Below, piece after piece: positions 9,319-19,134 of a stretch of 64,000 bases of DNA. The stretch is from Pseudomonadota bacterium (GTDB lineage Bacteria > Desulfobacterota > Binatia > Binatales > Binataceae), in the NCBI GenBank assembly GCA_021324455.1, contig JAJPJA010000159.1:39239-103238 (forward strand), written 5' to 3'. Position numbers and translations under genes: made by a program. The notes beneath the pieces are model-generated. The model was not told where the DNA came from and did no database searches. It worked only from the letters and a program-made list of their open reading frames with translations. Positions within the stretch are counted from its first letter, which is position 1, and each line of letters opens with the position of its first letter.

Positions 9319-9783
9319 ATGAAACCGCCGGAGCTGTATGGCGACTGGCGTGTGGTCGCCGGCGTGGTTCTGATCCTGCTCGGAATCGGCAACTGGCTGG
9401 TGGGACTGAACGGTATCGTTCAGTACCGGCGAATGGTGGTGGCGAGTCCGCCCAGTGCCGAGCTTTACCGCAATTTCGACGAGCTCGACGCGCGCACCGA
9501 CGGCGCGGTCCTCGCGCCGCTTACGCAGGATGAAAGAACCATCTCATACGCCGCCGCGCAGATGGACTTCTATCACGCCGTCTACCTGACCGGCTGTATA
9601 TTGTTCGCGCTGGGCTTGCTGATTACGCTGCTATCCTTTATCAGCGTAATTCGGCGCGACGCCCGCGAGGCTTTGCAAAGGAGATCGCGCTCGCGCGTGC
9701 CGCATCGCGATGGCCATACATCCGGAGTTGCTGACCCCCGCCAAAATCAACCTCTTCCTGCGCATAACGGGACGTCGATCTGA
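9319..9783 (+). CDS. hypothetical small membrane protein (2 predicted TM helices)
   Basis: Hydrophobic helices VVAGVVLILLGIGNWLVGL and LTGCILFALGLLITLLSFISVI. The Arg-rich tail overlaps the ispE start by about 74 nt, so the 3' end and reality of the gene are uncertain. Confidence 0.35.
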   Translation: MKPPELYGDWRVVAGVVLILLGIGNWLVGLNGIVQYRRMVVASPPSAELYRNFDELDARTDGAVLAPLTQDERTISYAAAQMDFYHAVYLTGCILFALGLLITLLSFISVIRRDAREALQRRSRSRVPHRDGHTSGVADPRQNQPLPAHNGTSI

Positions 9784-10603
9784 CGGCTATCACGAGCTCG
9801 ACTCGGTTTTCCTTCCCGTTTCACTCTATGACCGGATCACACTGGAGGCCCGGGCGGCGCCGGCAAGCGAGGTGTCGCTGCGATGCAACTGGGCGGACTT
9901 GCCGCTTGACGGGCGCAACCTGGCCCTGCGCGCCGCGACTTTATTCCTGGATCAGACCGGTTTGCGCTGGCGGGTGCGCATCAACCTGCACAAGGAAATC
10001 CCCGCCGCCGCCGGCCTGGGCGGCGGATCGTCGGACGCCGGCGCCGTGCTGCGTCTGATGGCGCAGCGGGCCCGGATCGAAGTACCAGCGCTGGCGGCGG
10101 CGGCGCTGCGGCTGGGCGCCGACGTGCCGTTTTTTCTCGATCCGCGCCCAGCCCGAATCGGCGGAGTGGGTGAACGGATTACCGATATCGCAAGCCGTTT
10201 CGACCTGCATTTGGTGATCGGCGTACCGCCCATCGCGGTGCCGACGGCGGAGATTTACCGCTATCTGAAACGCGCCGACTGGAGCGGTCCGGGACCGGAG
10301 GCGCTGCCCGCGCTGGTGGACGCCGACGCCGCGGCCGCGGGCCTGCTGGTCAACGACCTCGAGCGGCCGGCGCTGGCGCGCTATCCGCAAATCGGTGAAG
10401 TTAAAGTACTGCTTAAGCATCTGGGTGCGGCGGAAGCCTTGATGTCGGGCAGCGGGGGTGCCGTTTTCGGCATCTTTCAGGACCCGGCGCGCGCGGTGCA
10501 GGCGGCCGCCGCGGCGCGGCGGCGGATGCCGCAGGGGCGTTTTTTTGCGGCTCGGATCGCGCCCCGGAACCATTCGTCAACAGCTCTTTGGCACGCTTGT
10601 TGA
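9710..10603 (+). CDS. ispE: 4-diphosphocytidyl-2-C-methyl-D-erythritol kinase
   Basis: N-terminal PAKINLFL and the GHMP-kinase motif KEIPAAAGLGGGSSDAGAVL. Confidence 0.9.
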   Translation: MAIHPELLTPAKINLFLRITGRRSDGYHELDSVFLPVSLYDRITLEARAAPASEVSLRCNWADLPLDGRNLALRAATLFLDQTGLRWRVRINLHKEIPAAAGLGGGSSDAGAVLRLMAQRARIEVPALAAAALRLGADVPFFLDPRPARIGGVGERITDIASRFDLHLVIGVPPIAVPTAEIYRYLKRADWSGPGPEALPALVDADAAAAGLLVNDLERPALARYPQIGEVKVLLKHLGAAEALMSGSGGAVFGIFQDPARAVQAAAAARRRMPQGRFFAARIAPRNHSSTALWHAC

Positions 10604-10839
10604 CCTATGTTAAAAATCATAATTGACAAAGGTTTAACCCGGCCATAACATCGCCGACGAAATCCCTATCAGAGCTGAGCGAGACGGCCTGAACCGCGGT
10701 TGGACTGACGCCGGGTTCCCCCCGTCCTTTTCCGGATCAGACGCTGCCGGAGGTGCTGATGATGGCGATGCTGGGGTGGGTATCGGGTAAAAGTGTTGAT
10801 GGCGGCCATGACCGCCGTCGCTGTGAAGATTTTTAGTGT

Positions 10840-10915
10840 TGGGCGGTCGCCAAGCTGGTAAGGCACCAGGCTTTGGACCTGGCATTCGAAGGTTCGAATC
10901 CTTCCCGCCCAGCCC
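10840..10915 (+). tRNA. tRNA-Gln (anticodon TTG)
   Basis: TGGGCGG-TCGCCAAGCTGGTAAGGCA-CCAGG-CTTTGGA-CCTGG-...-GGTTCGAATCC-...-CCGCCCA-G matches bacterial tRNA-Gln almost position for position. Genomic 3' end reads GCCCA, so the CCA is probably not precisely encoded; 3' coordinate is within 2 nt. Confidence 0.85.
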
Positions 10916-10998
10916 AAGGCATGAAGGATACACAAGGCGCGTCAACCGCACGCGGGAGCGGCGGGCCGCGGCAGCCGCAAGAGAGGTCGCAGGAATCG

Positions 10999-11958
10999 AT
11001 GCCTGAGCGGGCCAAAGACGAGTTGAAGATTTTCACCGGTAATTCCAATCCCGGGTTGGCGCGCGAAGTCTGCGCGGTGCTCGACGTGACCCTGGGTCAG
11101 GCCGAGGTCGGCCGTTTTCCCGATGGTGAAGTAATGGTTGAGATTCGGGAGAATGTGCGCGGCGGCGACTGCTTCGTGATGCAGTCGATCTGCACACCGC
11201 CCAACGACAACCTGATGGAGTTGCTGCTGCTGATGGACGCGCTGCGCCGCGCCTCCGCCAAGCGCATCACCGCCGTCATCCCCTATTTCGGCTACGCCCG
11301 CCAGGACCGCAAGGTCGCGCCGCGCGTGCCGATCAGCGCCAAGCTGGTCGCCGACCTGATCACCACCGCCGGCGCCTCGCGCGTGATGACGGTCGATCTG
11401 CATGCCGGCCAGATCCAGGGCTTCTTCAACATCCCGGTCGACAACCTGTTTGCGATGCCGGTGCTTATTCCCTACCTGCGTAAACGCATCGAAGGCAAGC
11501 GCGTGACGGTGGTCTCGCCCGACGCCGGCGGCGTGGAGCGGGCGCGCGCCTTCGCCGGACGCCTCAACGCCAGCCTGGCGATTATCGACAAGCGGCGCCG
11601 GCGCGCCAGCGAGGTCGCCGAGATGCAGCTGGTGGGCGACGTCAATGACGCCACCGCCATCCTGCTCGACGACATGATCGATACCGCAGGCACCGTGACC
11701 GAAGCCGCCAAAGTGGTGCTCAAAGCGGGCGCCATCGAAGCGATTGCCTGCGCGACGCATCCGATCCTGTCCGACCCCGCGTGCGAGCGGCTTAACCATT
11801 GTCAGCTCCAGCAACTGATCACTACCAATACCGTTCCGCTGCGGCCCAAAGCTTTGGCCGAATTGCGCAACGTAAAGGTGCTGTCGGTGGCGGAGCTGAT
11901 TGGGGAGGCGCTGCGCCGGATCCATAATGAGGAGTCGGTCAGCTCGCTGTTCCTGTAG
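10999..11958 (+). CDS. prs: ribose-phosphate pyrophosphokinase (PRPP synthetase)
   Basis: MPERAKDELKIFTGNSNPGLAREV N-terminus, PRPP-binding loop and VVSPDAGGVERARAFA. AGGAA RBS before the ATG at 10999; the ORF-track 5' extension would overlap the tRNA. Confidence 0.9.
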   Translation: MPERAKDELKIFTGNSNPGLAREVCAVLDVTLGQAEVGRFPDGEVMVEIRENVRGGDCFVMQSICTPPNDNLMELLLLMDALRRASAKRITAVIPYFGYARQDRKVAPRVPISAKLVADLITTAGASRVMTVDLHAGQIQGFFNIPVDNLFAMPVLIPYLRKRIEGKRVTVVSPDAGGVERARAFAGRLNASLAIIDKRRRRASEVAEMQLVGDVNDATAILLDDMIDTAGTVTEAAKVVLKAGAIEAIACATHPILSDPACERLNHCQLQQLITTNTVPLRPKALAELRNVKVLSVAELIGEALRRIHNEESVSSLFL

Positions 11959-12038
11959 ATGCGCGCGCCTATCTGCGTGTTCGCCTGGAATCGGCGCCCC
12001 CCAACCGGCAAGATGAATTATCCGGAGAGTTTTAGCTG

Positions 12039-12737
12039 ATGGAGACACTCGATCTTAATTGTGAGAAACGCGAACTGGGAACCAAAGGCAAGGTCCGCGC
12101 CCTGCGCCGCACCGGAATGGTTCCCGCCGTGGTTTATGGCCGCACCCGCTCGGCCACCCCGATTGCGGTCGCCGGGTTGAGCCTCAAAGCCTCGGTCACC
12201 ACCGACGCCAGTCAGCGTCTGCTCCGGCTCAAAGCCTCCGAGCCTGACCTCAACGGCCGCCACGTCATCATCAAAGACGTGCAGCGCGCGCCGCTGACCG
12301 GCGCCCTGCTCCATGCCGACCTGTACGAAGTGGACCTGACGCGGAAGATTCAGGTCACGGTGCCGCTGCGCTTTCAGGGCAAGCCCAAGGGCGTGGCCGA
12401 TGGCGGTATCCTGCAGCCGCTGGTGCGCACTATCGACGTCGAATGCCTGCCCACGGATATTCCCGAGGGAATCGATGTTGACGTGACGGAACTGGGCATT
12501 CACGACGCGATTCACATCTCCTCGCTGCGGTTCGGCGCCAACATTACCCCGGTGTTCGACAGCGATATCGCGCTGGTCACCGTGCTGCCGCCCACCGTCG
12601 AAGCCGCACCTGCGCCGGCGGAAGCCGCGGTCGAAGAGGGCGCCGCGGCCGCTCCCGCCGAGGGCGAGGCTGCCGCCGCACCGGCTGCGGAGGGCAAAGG
12701 GGAAGCCAAAAAGGCGGAACCCGCCGCGAAGAAGTAA
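12039..12737 (+). CDS. rplY: 50S ribosomal protein L25 / general stress protein Ctc, with Ala/Pro/Glu/Lys-rich C-terminal tail
   Basis: L25/Ctc beta-barrel N-domain (VPAVVYGR, HVIIKDVQR) plus a low-complexity tail; canonical position downstream of prs. Confidence 0.85.
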   Translation: METLDLNCEKRELGTKGKVRALRRTGMVPAVVYGRTRSATPIAVAGLSLKASVTTDASQRLLRLKASEPDLNGRHVIIKDVQRAPLTGALLHADLYEVDLTRKIQVTVPLRFQGKPKGVADGGILQPLVRTIDVECLPTDIPEGIDVDVTELGIHDAIHISSLRFGANITPVFDSDIALVTVLPPTVEAAPAPAEAAVEEGAAAAPAEGEAAAAPAAEGKGEAKKAEPAAKK

Positions 12738-12745
12738 TCTCTGCT

Positions 12746-12777
12746 ACCCGCTCCCACGATCGTCCGTGGGAGCGGGT
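12746..12777 (+). terminator. hairpin terminator downstream of rplY
   Basis: cccgctcccacg-atcgtc-cgtgggagcggg begins 9 nt after the rplY stop codon. Confidence 0.5.
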
Positions 12778-12882
12778 CAGGATGCGGGCGGCCGATCCAC
12801 TTCAAGCGGCACCCGCGATGAAGCGGGCGAGGTGGCAAAAAAAAGATGACGCCGAGGGGTTTTCGGGGTTGAGGGGTTTTCA

Positions 12883-15800
12883 ATGAGTTTCGTCCATCTT
12901 CACGTCCATACCCAATACAGTCTTTTGGACGGCGCGAACAAACTCGGTCCGCTGCTCGACCATGCCAGGGCCGCGGGGATGCCGGCGATGGCGATCACCG
13001 ACCATGGCAACATGTTCGGTGCGGTCGAATTCTACAAAAAAGCGGTGGAACGCGGGATCAAGCCGATCATCGGATGTGAAGCCTATCTCGCGCCGGGCAA
13101 GCGCACCGACCGCGGTTTCGCGGTCAAAGCCGATGACGTCGAAGGCGCCGGCAATTATCATCTGATCCTGCTGGTTCAGAATCAGACCGGATACCGCAAC
13201 CTGTGCCGTCTGCTCACCGCCGCCTATCGCGAAGGGCTCTATTACAAGCCGCGCATCGACAAGGAGATCTTGCAGGAAAACTCCGAGGGGCTGATCGTGC
13301 TGTCCGGATGCCTGTCGGGGGAGCTGGCGCGTGCGCTGCGCGCCGGACGCACCGACAAGGCGTATGAAGTGGCCCAGTCCTATGCCAGGATGTTCCCCGG
13401 CCGCTTCTACATCGAGCTGCAGGACAACAAGCTGCACGGCCCCTATAACGAGGCGCTGCGCGAGATTGCCCACAAGGTCGGCCTGCCGATGGTGGCCACC
13501 AATGACTGCCATTATCTGCATCGCGAGGACGCCCGCGCACACGAAGTCCTGCTCTGCATCCAGACCGGCAAGACCATGGCGGACGAGACCCGATGGCGGT
13601 TTGACACCGACGAACTTTACGTCAAGACACCCGCCGAGATGGAATCGGCTTTCGCCGACGATTTGTCGCCGGTACGCAATACGGTGGAAATCGCCAACCG
13701 CGTCGATTTTCAGTTCGACTTCGGCAAGTTCCATTTCCCGCGCTACGAGCTGTCGGCGGACGATCTCGGCCGCGCCCGCGCCGGCGGGGACGAGGAAGCG
13801 CAGCTGCAAAGCGTGCTGGAGCAGCGTACGCGCGAGGGACTGCAGCGGCGGCTGGACGAACTGCACGCGCGGCGCGGCGATTTCGACGAAACGCCCTATC
13901 ATGAGCGGCTCGATCGCGAACTGCCGGTTATCCGCGAGATGGGTTTTTCCGGCTACATGCTGATTGTCGCCGACTTCATCAATTACGCGCGCGGTCTCGG
14001 AATTCCGGTCGGACCGGGCCGCGGCTCGGTGGTCGGCAGTCTGGTCTCCTACGCCCTGCGCATCACCGAACTGGATCCGATCGAGCACAAGCTTCTGTTT
14101 GAGCGATGGCTCAATCCGGGGCGGCGTTCGATGCCCGATATCGACGTGGACTTCTGCTTTGAACGGCGCGACGAAGTGATCGACTACGTGCGGCGCAAGT
14201 ACGGCGAGGAGCGCGTCGCACAGATCATCACCTTCGGGACGATCAAGGGCAAGCAGGCCATTCGCGACGTCGGCCGCGTGCTGGGATTATCCTTCGGCGA
14301 GACCGACCGCATCTGCAAGCTCTACCCGGCGCCCAAGCAGGGCCGCGACTTCCCGCTGGAGGACGCGCTCAAGATGGAGCCGCGGCTGCGCGAGGAGCGG
14401 CAGAAATATCCCGAGCTGTTCGAATTCGCCTTCAAGCTCGAAGGTCTGCTGCGCCACGCCTCGCGCCATGCGGCAGGCGTGGTGATCGCCGACGGTCCGC
14501 TCGATGAGATGGTTCCGCTCTACGCCGATAAGGAACGCGCCGAGGGCGCCCCTGCCATCACCCAGTACTCGATGAAGTTCGTCGAGGATATCGGGTTGGT
14601 GAAGTTCGATTTTCTGGCGCTGAAAAACCTGACCCTGGTGGAGGATACGCTGGAATTGATCAAGGCGGGCGGCAAAACGCCTCCCGATCTGAACCGCTTG
14701 CCGCTGGATGACGCCGATTCCTACAAGCTGCTGGCGCGCGGCGATACCGTGGGCGTGTTCCAGGTGGAAGGTTCCGGGTTTCGCCGCTTCCTGACCGATC
14801 TCAAGCCGACCTGCTTCGATGACATCATCGCAGCCGGCTCGCTCTTCCGTCCCGGCCCGCTTGACGCGGTGGAAGACGGCAAGACGATGGTGCAGCATTA
14901 CGTCGATCGCAAGCACGGCCGAGAGCAGGTCAAGTATCCGCATCCGCTGCTTGAACCGGTGCTGCGCGACACCTACGGCGTGATCATCTACCAGGAGCAG
15001 GTGATGCGGGTGGCGCAGGCGCTTTCGGGATACACCCTGGAGCAAGCCGACATCCTGCGCGCCGCGATGGGCAAAAAGAACAAGGCGGTGATGGAGAAGG
15101 AGCGCGAGCGCTTCATCCAGGGCGCGGTCAACAACGGCATCGACCACGATACCGCGCACAGCATCTTCGAGCAGATCGAAACCTTCGCGTCATACGGATT
15201 CAATCGCAGCCACGCCGCCGCCTACGCGCTGACAACGTACATCACCGCCTATCTCAAGGCGCATTACCCCTGCGAGTTCATGGCCGCGCTCACCTCGCTG
15301 GACATGGACGACGTCGACAAGACCTACAAGAATATCGCGGCGCTGCGCGAGATGGGAATCAGGCTGCTGCCGCCCGACGTCAATGAAAGCCGGGTCAAGT
15401 TCGCGGTCGTGGCCGACGCAATCCGCTTCGGAATGGGTGCCATACGCGGGGTCGGCGCGAAGACGGCCGAGGCGATTATCGCGGCGCGCGAGCAAGGCGG
15501 GCGCTTCACCAGCCTGACCGACCTGTGCATGCGCGCCGACCCGCAGCAGATCAACCGCAAGGTGCTCGAAGCTTTGGTCAAGTGCGGCGCGTTCGATTCA
15601 ACCGGCGTCAGCCGGGCCGAAGCGATGGCGCAAATCGAGGACGGGCTCAAGCTGCTGGCGCGGCGCGCCGACCCCTCCGCGGCCAATCAGATGGGATTGT
15701 TCGGCGCGATGGCGCCGGCGATTCGCACCGCGCCGCGCGCTCCCGCCGCGCCGTGGGACTTGAAGGAACTGCTGCGCGCGGAAAAAGAAGCCCTCGGCTT

Positions 15801-16416
15801 TTACGTCACCGCCCATCCGCTCGACAAGTACACCGACAGGATCGGACCTCTGACCGGCGGCGTCACCACCGCCGATCTCGCTTCGGCGCCCGACGGCAGT
15901 TCAGTCGTGCTGGTCGGCGTGGTGCAGGCGGTGAAGCTCAAGAACAACAAGGCGGGCAGGCGCTACGCCACTTTCACGCTGGAAGATCTTAACGGAGCGG
16001 TTGAAGTAATCGCGTGGCCGGAGACCTATCAGCGGGTGGAGCCGGTCATTAACAGCGACGAGCCGGTGGTGGCGCGCGGCAAACTGGATATCGACGAGGA
16101 ACGCGCGCAAATCCTGCTCGACGAGCTCAAACCGCTCAGCGTGGTGATGGTGGACAGCGTGCGCGAAGTCCATATCCGGGCGCCAAAGACGCGTCTGGAC
16201 GATGAATCATTGCGGCAACTGAAAGCGCTGTTCGGCCGCTATGGCGGCGGATGCCCCATCTACCTGCACCTGGAGCTTGACGCCGCGCGCGAGGCGATCT
16301 TCCTGCTCGGCAACGATTTTCGCGTCGCACCCACCGAGGGATTCGTGGGCGAGGTGGAGCAGATGCTGGCGCCGGGCGCGGTCGAGTTGAGGGCGCAACA
16401 GGGGGCCGCGATCTGA
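12883..16416 (+). CDS. dnaE: DNA polymerase III alpha subunit
   Basis: 1177 aa. PHP domain HLHVHTQYSLLDG; polymerase core; OB fold near the C-terminus. Confidence 0.95.
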   Translation: MSFVHLHVHTQYSLLDGANKLGPLLDHARAAGMPAMAITDHGNMFGAVEFYKKAVERGIKPIIGCEAYLAPGKRTDRGFAVKADDVEGAGNYHLILLVQNQTGYRNLCRLLTAAYREGLYYKPRIDKEILQENSEGLIVLSGCLSGELARALRAGRTDKAYEVAQSYARMFPGRFYIELQDNKLHGPYNEALREIAHKVGLPMVATNDCHYLHREDARAHEVLLCIQTGKTMADETRWRFDTDELYVKTPAEMESAFADDLSPVRNTVEIANRVDFQFDFGKFHFPRYELSADDLGRARAGGDEEAQLQSVLEQRTREGLQRRLDELHARRGDFDETPYHERLDRELPVIREMGFSGYMLIVADFINYARGLGIPVGPGRGSVVGSLVSYALRITELDPIEHKLLFERWLNPGRRSMPDIDVDFCFERRDEVIDYVRRKYGEERVAQIITFGTIKGKQAIRDVGRVLGLSFGETDRICKLYPAPKQGRDFPLEDALKMEPRLREERQKYPELFEFAFKLEGLLRHASRHAAGVVIADGPLDEMVPLYADKERAEGAPAITQYSMKFVEDIGLVKFDFLALKNLTLVEDTLELIKAGGKTPPDLNRLPLDDADSYKLLARGDTVGVFQVEGSGFRRFLTDLKPTCFDDIIAAGSLFRPGPLDAVEDGKTMVQHYVDRKHGREQVKYPHPLLEPVLRDTYGVIIYQEQVMRVAQALSGYTLEQADILRAAMGKKNKAVMEKERERFIQGAVNNGIDHDTAHSIFEQIETFASYGFNRSHAAAYALTTYITAYLKAHYPCEFMAALTSLDMDDVDKTYKNIAALREMGIRLLPPDVNESRVKFAVVADAIRFGMGAIRGVGAKTAEAIIAAREQGGRFTSLTDLCMRADPQQINRKVLEALVKCGAFDSTGVSRAEAMAQIEDGLKLLARRADPSAANQMGLFGAMAPAIRTAPRAPAAPWDLKELLRAEKEALGFYVTAHPLDKYTDRIGPLTGGVTTADLASAPDGSSVVLVGVVQAVKLKNNKAGRRYATFTLEDLNGAVEVIAWPETYQRVEPVINSDEPVVARGKLDIDEERAQILLDELKPLSVVMVDSVREVHIRAPKTRLDDESLRQLKALFGRYGGGCPIYLHLELDAAREAIFLLGNDFRVAPTEGFVGEVEQMLAPGAVELRAQQGAAI

Positions 16417-16454
16417 TACAATCCTCCTCAAGTTGATCTCGTGAGAGCATAACC

Positions 16455-17750
16455 CTGGCGCCCATTTATCAACCGACAACACCCGAGCGCGAACGTGCCG
16501 TCCTGGTCGGCGCGGCCATCGGCGGGCAGGATCGGGCCGCGGCCGAAGATTCGCTGCACGAGCTTGGCGCGCTGGCCCAAAGCGCGGGCGCGCTCGTGGC
16601 CGGCGAGTTGTTCCAAAGCCTCAAGGAAGTCGATCCCCGGACCTTTATCGGACGCGGCAAGGTGAGCGAACTGCGCGACCTGGCGCAGCGGCGCGGCGCC
16701 ACCCTGACCATCTTCGACGACAGCCTGACCCCGGCGCAGTCGCGCAACCTCGAAGGCGAGCTCAAGCTGCGCGTCATCGACCGCACGCAGCTCATCCTGG
16801 ATATCTTCGCGCAGCGCGCGCACAGTCAGGCCGGCAAGCTGCAGGTCGAGGTGGCGCAGCTTGCCTATCTGCAGCCGCGTCTGACCCGCCAATGGACCCA
16901 CCTGTCGCGCGTCAGCGCCGGCGGCGGAGCGGGCGGACGGATCGGCACGCGCGGACCCGGCGAGACCCAGCTCGAAGTCGATCGCCGCCGATTGTCGGAG
17001 CGGCTGACGCGATTGCGCCGGCGCCTGCGCGAGGTCGAGCGCACACGCGCGATCCAGCGCCGCCGCCGCGTCGAGGTGCCCTATCCAACCGTGGCGCTGG
17101 TCGGTTACACCAATTCGGGCAAATCCACCCTGATGAACGCGCTGACCGGCGCCGGAGTTGAAGCGGCGGCGCGGCTATTCTCGACGCTGGATCCGACGAT
17201 TCGCCGGCTCAAGCTGCCCGGCGGGATGAGCGTGATGCTGAGCGACACGGTGGGTTTCATCCATCGCCTGCCGCATCAACTGGTCGAAGCGTTCAAGGCC
17301 ACGCTGGAGGAGGTGCGCACGGCGGACCTGTTGCTGCATGTGGTGGACAGCGGCTCGCCCACGCATCCGGATCAGATCGAAGTGGTGGAGCGGGTGCTGA
17401 AAGAAATCGGCGCGGACACCCTGGCGCGTATAATGGTGTTTAACAAATGTGATCTTGCGGACACTCCGCTTTACAGGTTACATAGCGAGGGCGCGATCAA
17501 AATCAGCGCTCTGCGACGGATCGGTATCGACCAACTGGTGGCGATGATGGCCGGATTTTTTGCCAGGCTGCGCGAAGAGGTGTCGGTTACCCTGCCCGCC
17601 GCCCGCGGCGACCTGATCGCGGCCGCGCGGCGCGACGGCCAGGTGCTGAGCGAGGAATATCAGGACGGATGCGTGCGGGTGCGCGCGCTGGTCACCCGCC
17701 CGATGGCGGGGCGGATGCGCAAGGCGTCGCTCAAGGCGAGCGCGAGGTAA
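16455..17750 (+). CDS. hflX: GTPase HflX
   Basis: HflX N-domain (AVLVGAAIGG ... FIGRGKVSEL) plus G-domain (GYTNSGKSTLMNAL, DTVGF, NKCD). The first ATG at 16596 would remove conserved N-domain residues. Candidate in-frame starts are non-canonical: CTG at 16455 or ATT at 16464; 5' end uncertain. Confidence 0.8.
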   Translation: MAPIYQPTTPERERAVLVGAAIGGQDRAAAEDSLHELGALAQSAGALVAGELFQSLKEVDPRTFIGRGKVSELRDLAQRRGATLTIFDDSLTPAQSRNLEGELKLRVIDRTQLILDIFAQRAHSQAGKLQVEVAQLAYLQPRLTRQWTHLSRVSAGGGAGGRIGTRGPGETQLEVDRRRLSERLTRLRRRLREVERTRAIQRRRRVEVPYPTVALVGYTNSGKSTLMNALTGAGVEAAARLFSTLDPTIRRLKLPGGMSVMLSDTVGFIHRLPHQLVEAFKATLEEVRTADLLLHVVDSGSPTHPDQIEVVERVLKEIGADTLARIMVFNKCDLADTPLYRLHSEGAIKISALRRIGIDQLVAMMAGFFARLREEVSVTLPAARGDLIAAARRDGQVLSEEYQDGCVRVRALVTRPMAGRMRKASLKASAR

Positions 17751-17754
17751 GCGG

Positions 17755-18387
17755 GTGTCCACGCAATCCACCAAGCCGGCCGCCCGCCCGGCCCGGCCGG
17801 TCGAGTCGGCCGCCGCGCTTCATCGCCATCTGCTCAATCTGCCCAACGCGCTCACGCTGTGCCGGATTGTGCTGATTCCGTTCTTCATCGCGGCGCTCAG
17901 CCGCAACCGGCTGCATGAAGCGCTGGGCATCTTCGCCGCCGCCGCCATCACCGACAGCCTCGACGGCACGCTGGCGAGATGGACCAACCAGCGCACCGAG
18001 TTGGGCGCGTTTCTGGATCCCTTCGCCGACAAGCTTTTGCTGATCAGCGCGCTGGTGATCCTGACGGTGCAGGACATCATGCCCGGATGGGTGCTGGGCG
18101 TCATCGCCCTGCGCGACGTAGTGGTGGTATTCGGCTACCTGATGCTGGTGTTCTTCATCGGCGAGCCCATTCCGGTGCGGCCCAACTATGCCGGCAAGGC
18201 GGGCACGGTGCTGCAGATCGCATGTATCGTGACCGCGCTTCTGGGATGGCCGCAGCTGGGGCACGTGCACCATGTCTGGACCGGGCTGCTGCTGCTGACG
18301 GTGCTGATGACCGGTGTGTCGGGCCTGCAATATATGTATCGGGGGTTGGTAATCCTTAATTCCCGCGAGCCGCAGATGTTCGCATAG
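17755..18387 (+). CDS. pgsA: CDP-diacylglycerol--glycerol-3-phosphate 3-phosphatidyltransferase (CDP-alcohol phosphatidyltransferase family)
   Basis: D-x2-DG-x2-AR ... G-x3-D motif (DSLDGTLARW ... LDPFADK). GTG start 4 nt after the hflX stop. Confidence 0.85.
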   Translation: MSTQSTKPAARPARPVESAAALHRHLLNLPNALTLCRIVLIPFFIAALSRNRLHEALGIFAAAAITDSLDGTLARWTNQRTELGAFLDPFADKLLLISALVILTVQDIMPGWVLGVIALRDVVVVFGYLMLVFFIGEPIPVRPNYAGKAGTVLQIACIVTALLGWPQLGHVHHVWTGLLLLTVLMTGVSGLQYMYRGLVILNSREPQMFA

Positions 18388-18432
18388 GCGATGTGCCCGC
18401 GCGCCGCGGCCCCAGCCCACCGGCAATCGCGC

Positions 18433-19134
18433 CTAAAGGTACTCCGGGCCGCGTTTCCATCCGGTTATCATCGAGATGAAGTTGCTCCATCCGTGCAGGA
18501 TTACCATCACCAAATGGCCCGCGATAAAAGCCAGGAACGCCGACATTACGGCGAAATGCCACACCCGCGCCCAGCGGAATCCGCCCATCATTGCCGTCAG
18601 CAACGAGAACTGATTCGGATTGTAGATCGCCATCCCGGTCAGCGCCGCCAGCACGCCAAGGACAACCGCCCCGGTGTAGGCGAGCTTCTGCAGCGGATTG
18701 TAGGGCTGCGTCTGCGGCGGTTTGGGGCCGAACAAAAAGTAGTGGCGCACCATCGGCCACACGCCCGGCAGGTCGGATGGCGTGAACAGCAACATCCGGT
18801 AGCGCCCGCTCGCCGCCTGATAGATCAGATAGACGACGCCGGTGAAGAGGAAAATCCAGATGAAGGTGAAATGCCACTGCAGGCCGCCCGCCAGCCATCC
18901 GCCCAGCATCAGCGCGCGCGGCAGATGGATGAAATCGCGCTGCGGAATCTTGGGTCCGAACCCGGGGAACGCCCAGAAGATCTGCCATCCGCTGAAGATC
19001 AGCACCAGGATGCTGACGCCGAGGAGCCAGTGACACCATCGAATGACCGCCGGATGCTCGTACGCGGCGCGCACGGCATTGTTCGAGCGGTCCTCGGTCT
19101 CGACCACGTCAAGCTTTAATCCGCCCGCATTCAC
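18433..19134 (-). CDS. cytochrome b561 / Ni-Fe-hydrogenase-type b cytochrome family membrane subunit
   Basis: Conserved heme-ligand context RWCHWLLG in the first TM helix and further TM helices with His residues. Start reassigned to the GTG whose sequence overlaps the upstream stop (GTGA at 19131-19134), because the ORF-track 5' extension is an Arg-rich overprint. Confidence 0.7.
   Translation of the reverse strand: MNAGGLKLDVVETEDRSNNAVRAAYEHPAVIRWCHWLLGVSILVLIFSGWQIFWAFPGFGPKIPQRDFIHLPRALMLGGWLAGGLQWHFTFIWIFLFTGVVYLIYQAASGRYRMLLFTPSDLPGVWPMVRHYFLFGPKPPQTQPYNPLQKLAYTGAVVLGVLAALTGMAIYNPNQFSLLTAMMGGFRWARVWHFAVMSAFLAFIAGHLVMVILHGWSNFISMITGWKRGPEYL

Noticed and set aside
12880-14088. 402-aa ORF on the minus strand
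   Set aside because: Lies entirely antisense to dnaE. Arg/Ala/Gly-rich low-complexity translation typical of antisense frames in high-GC DNA, with no recognisable domain.
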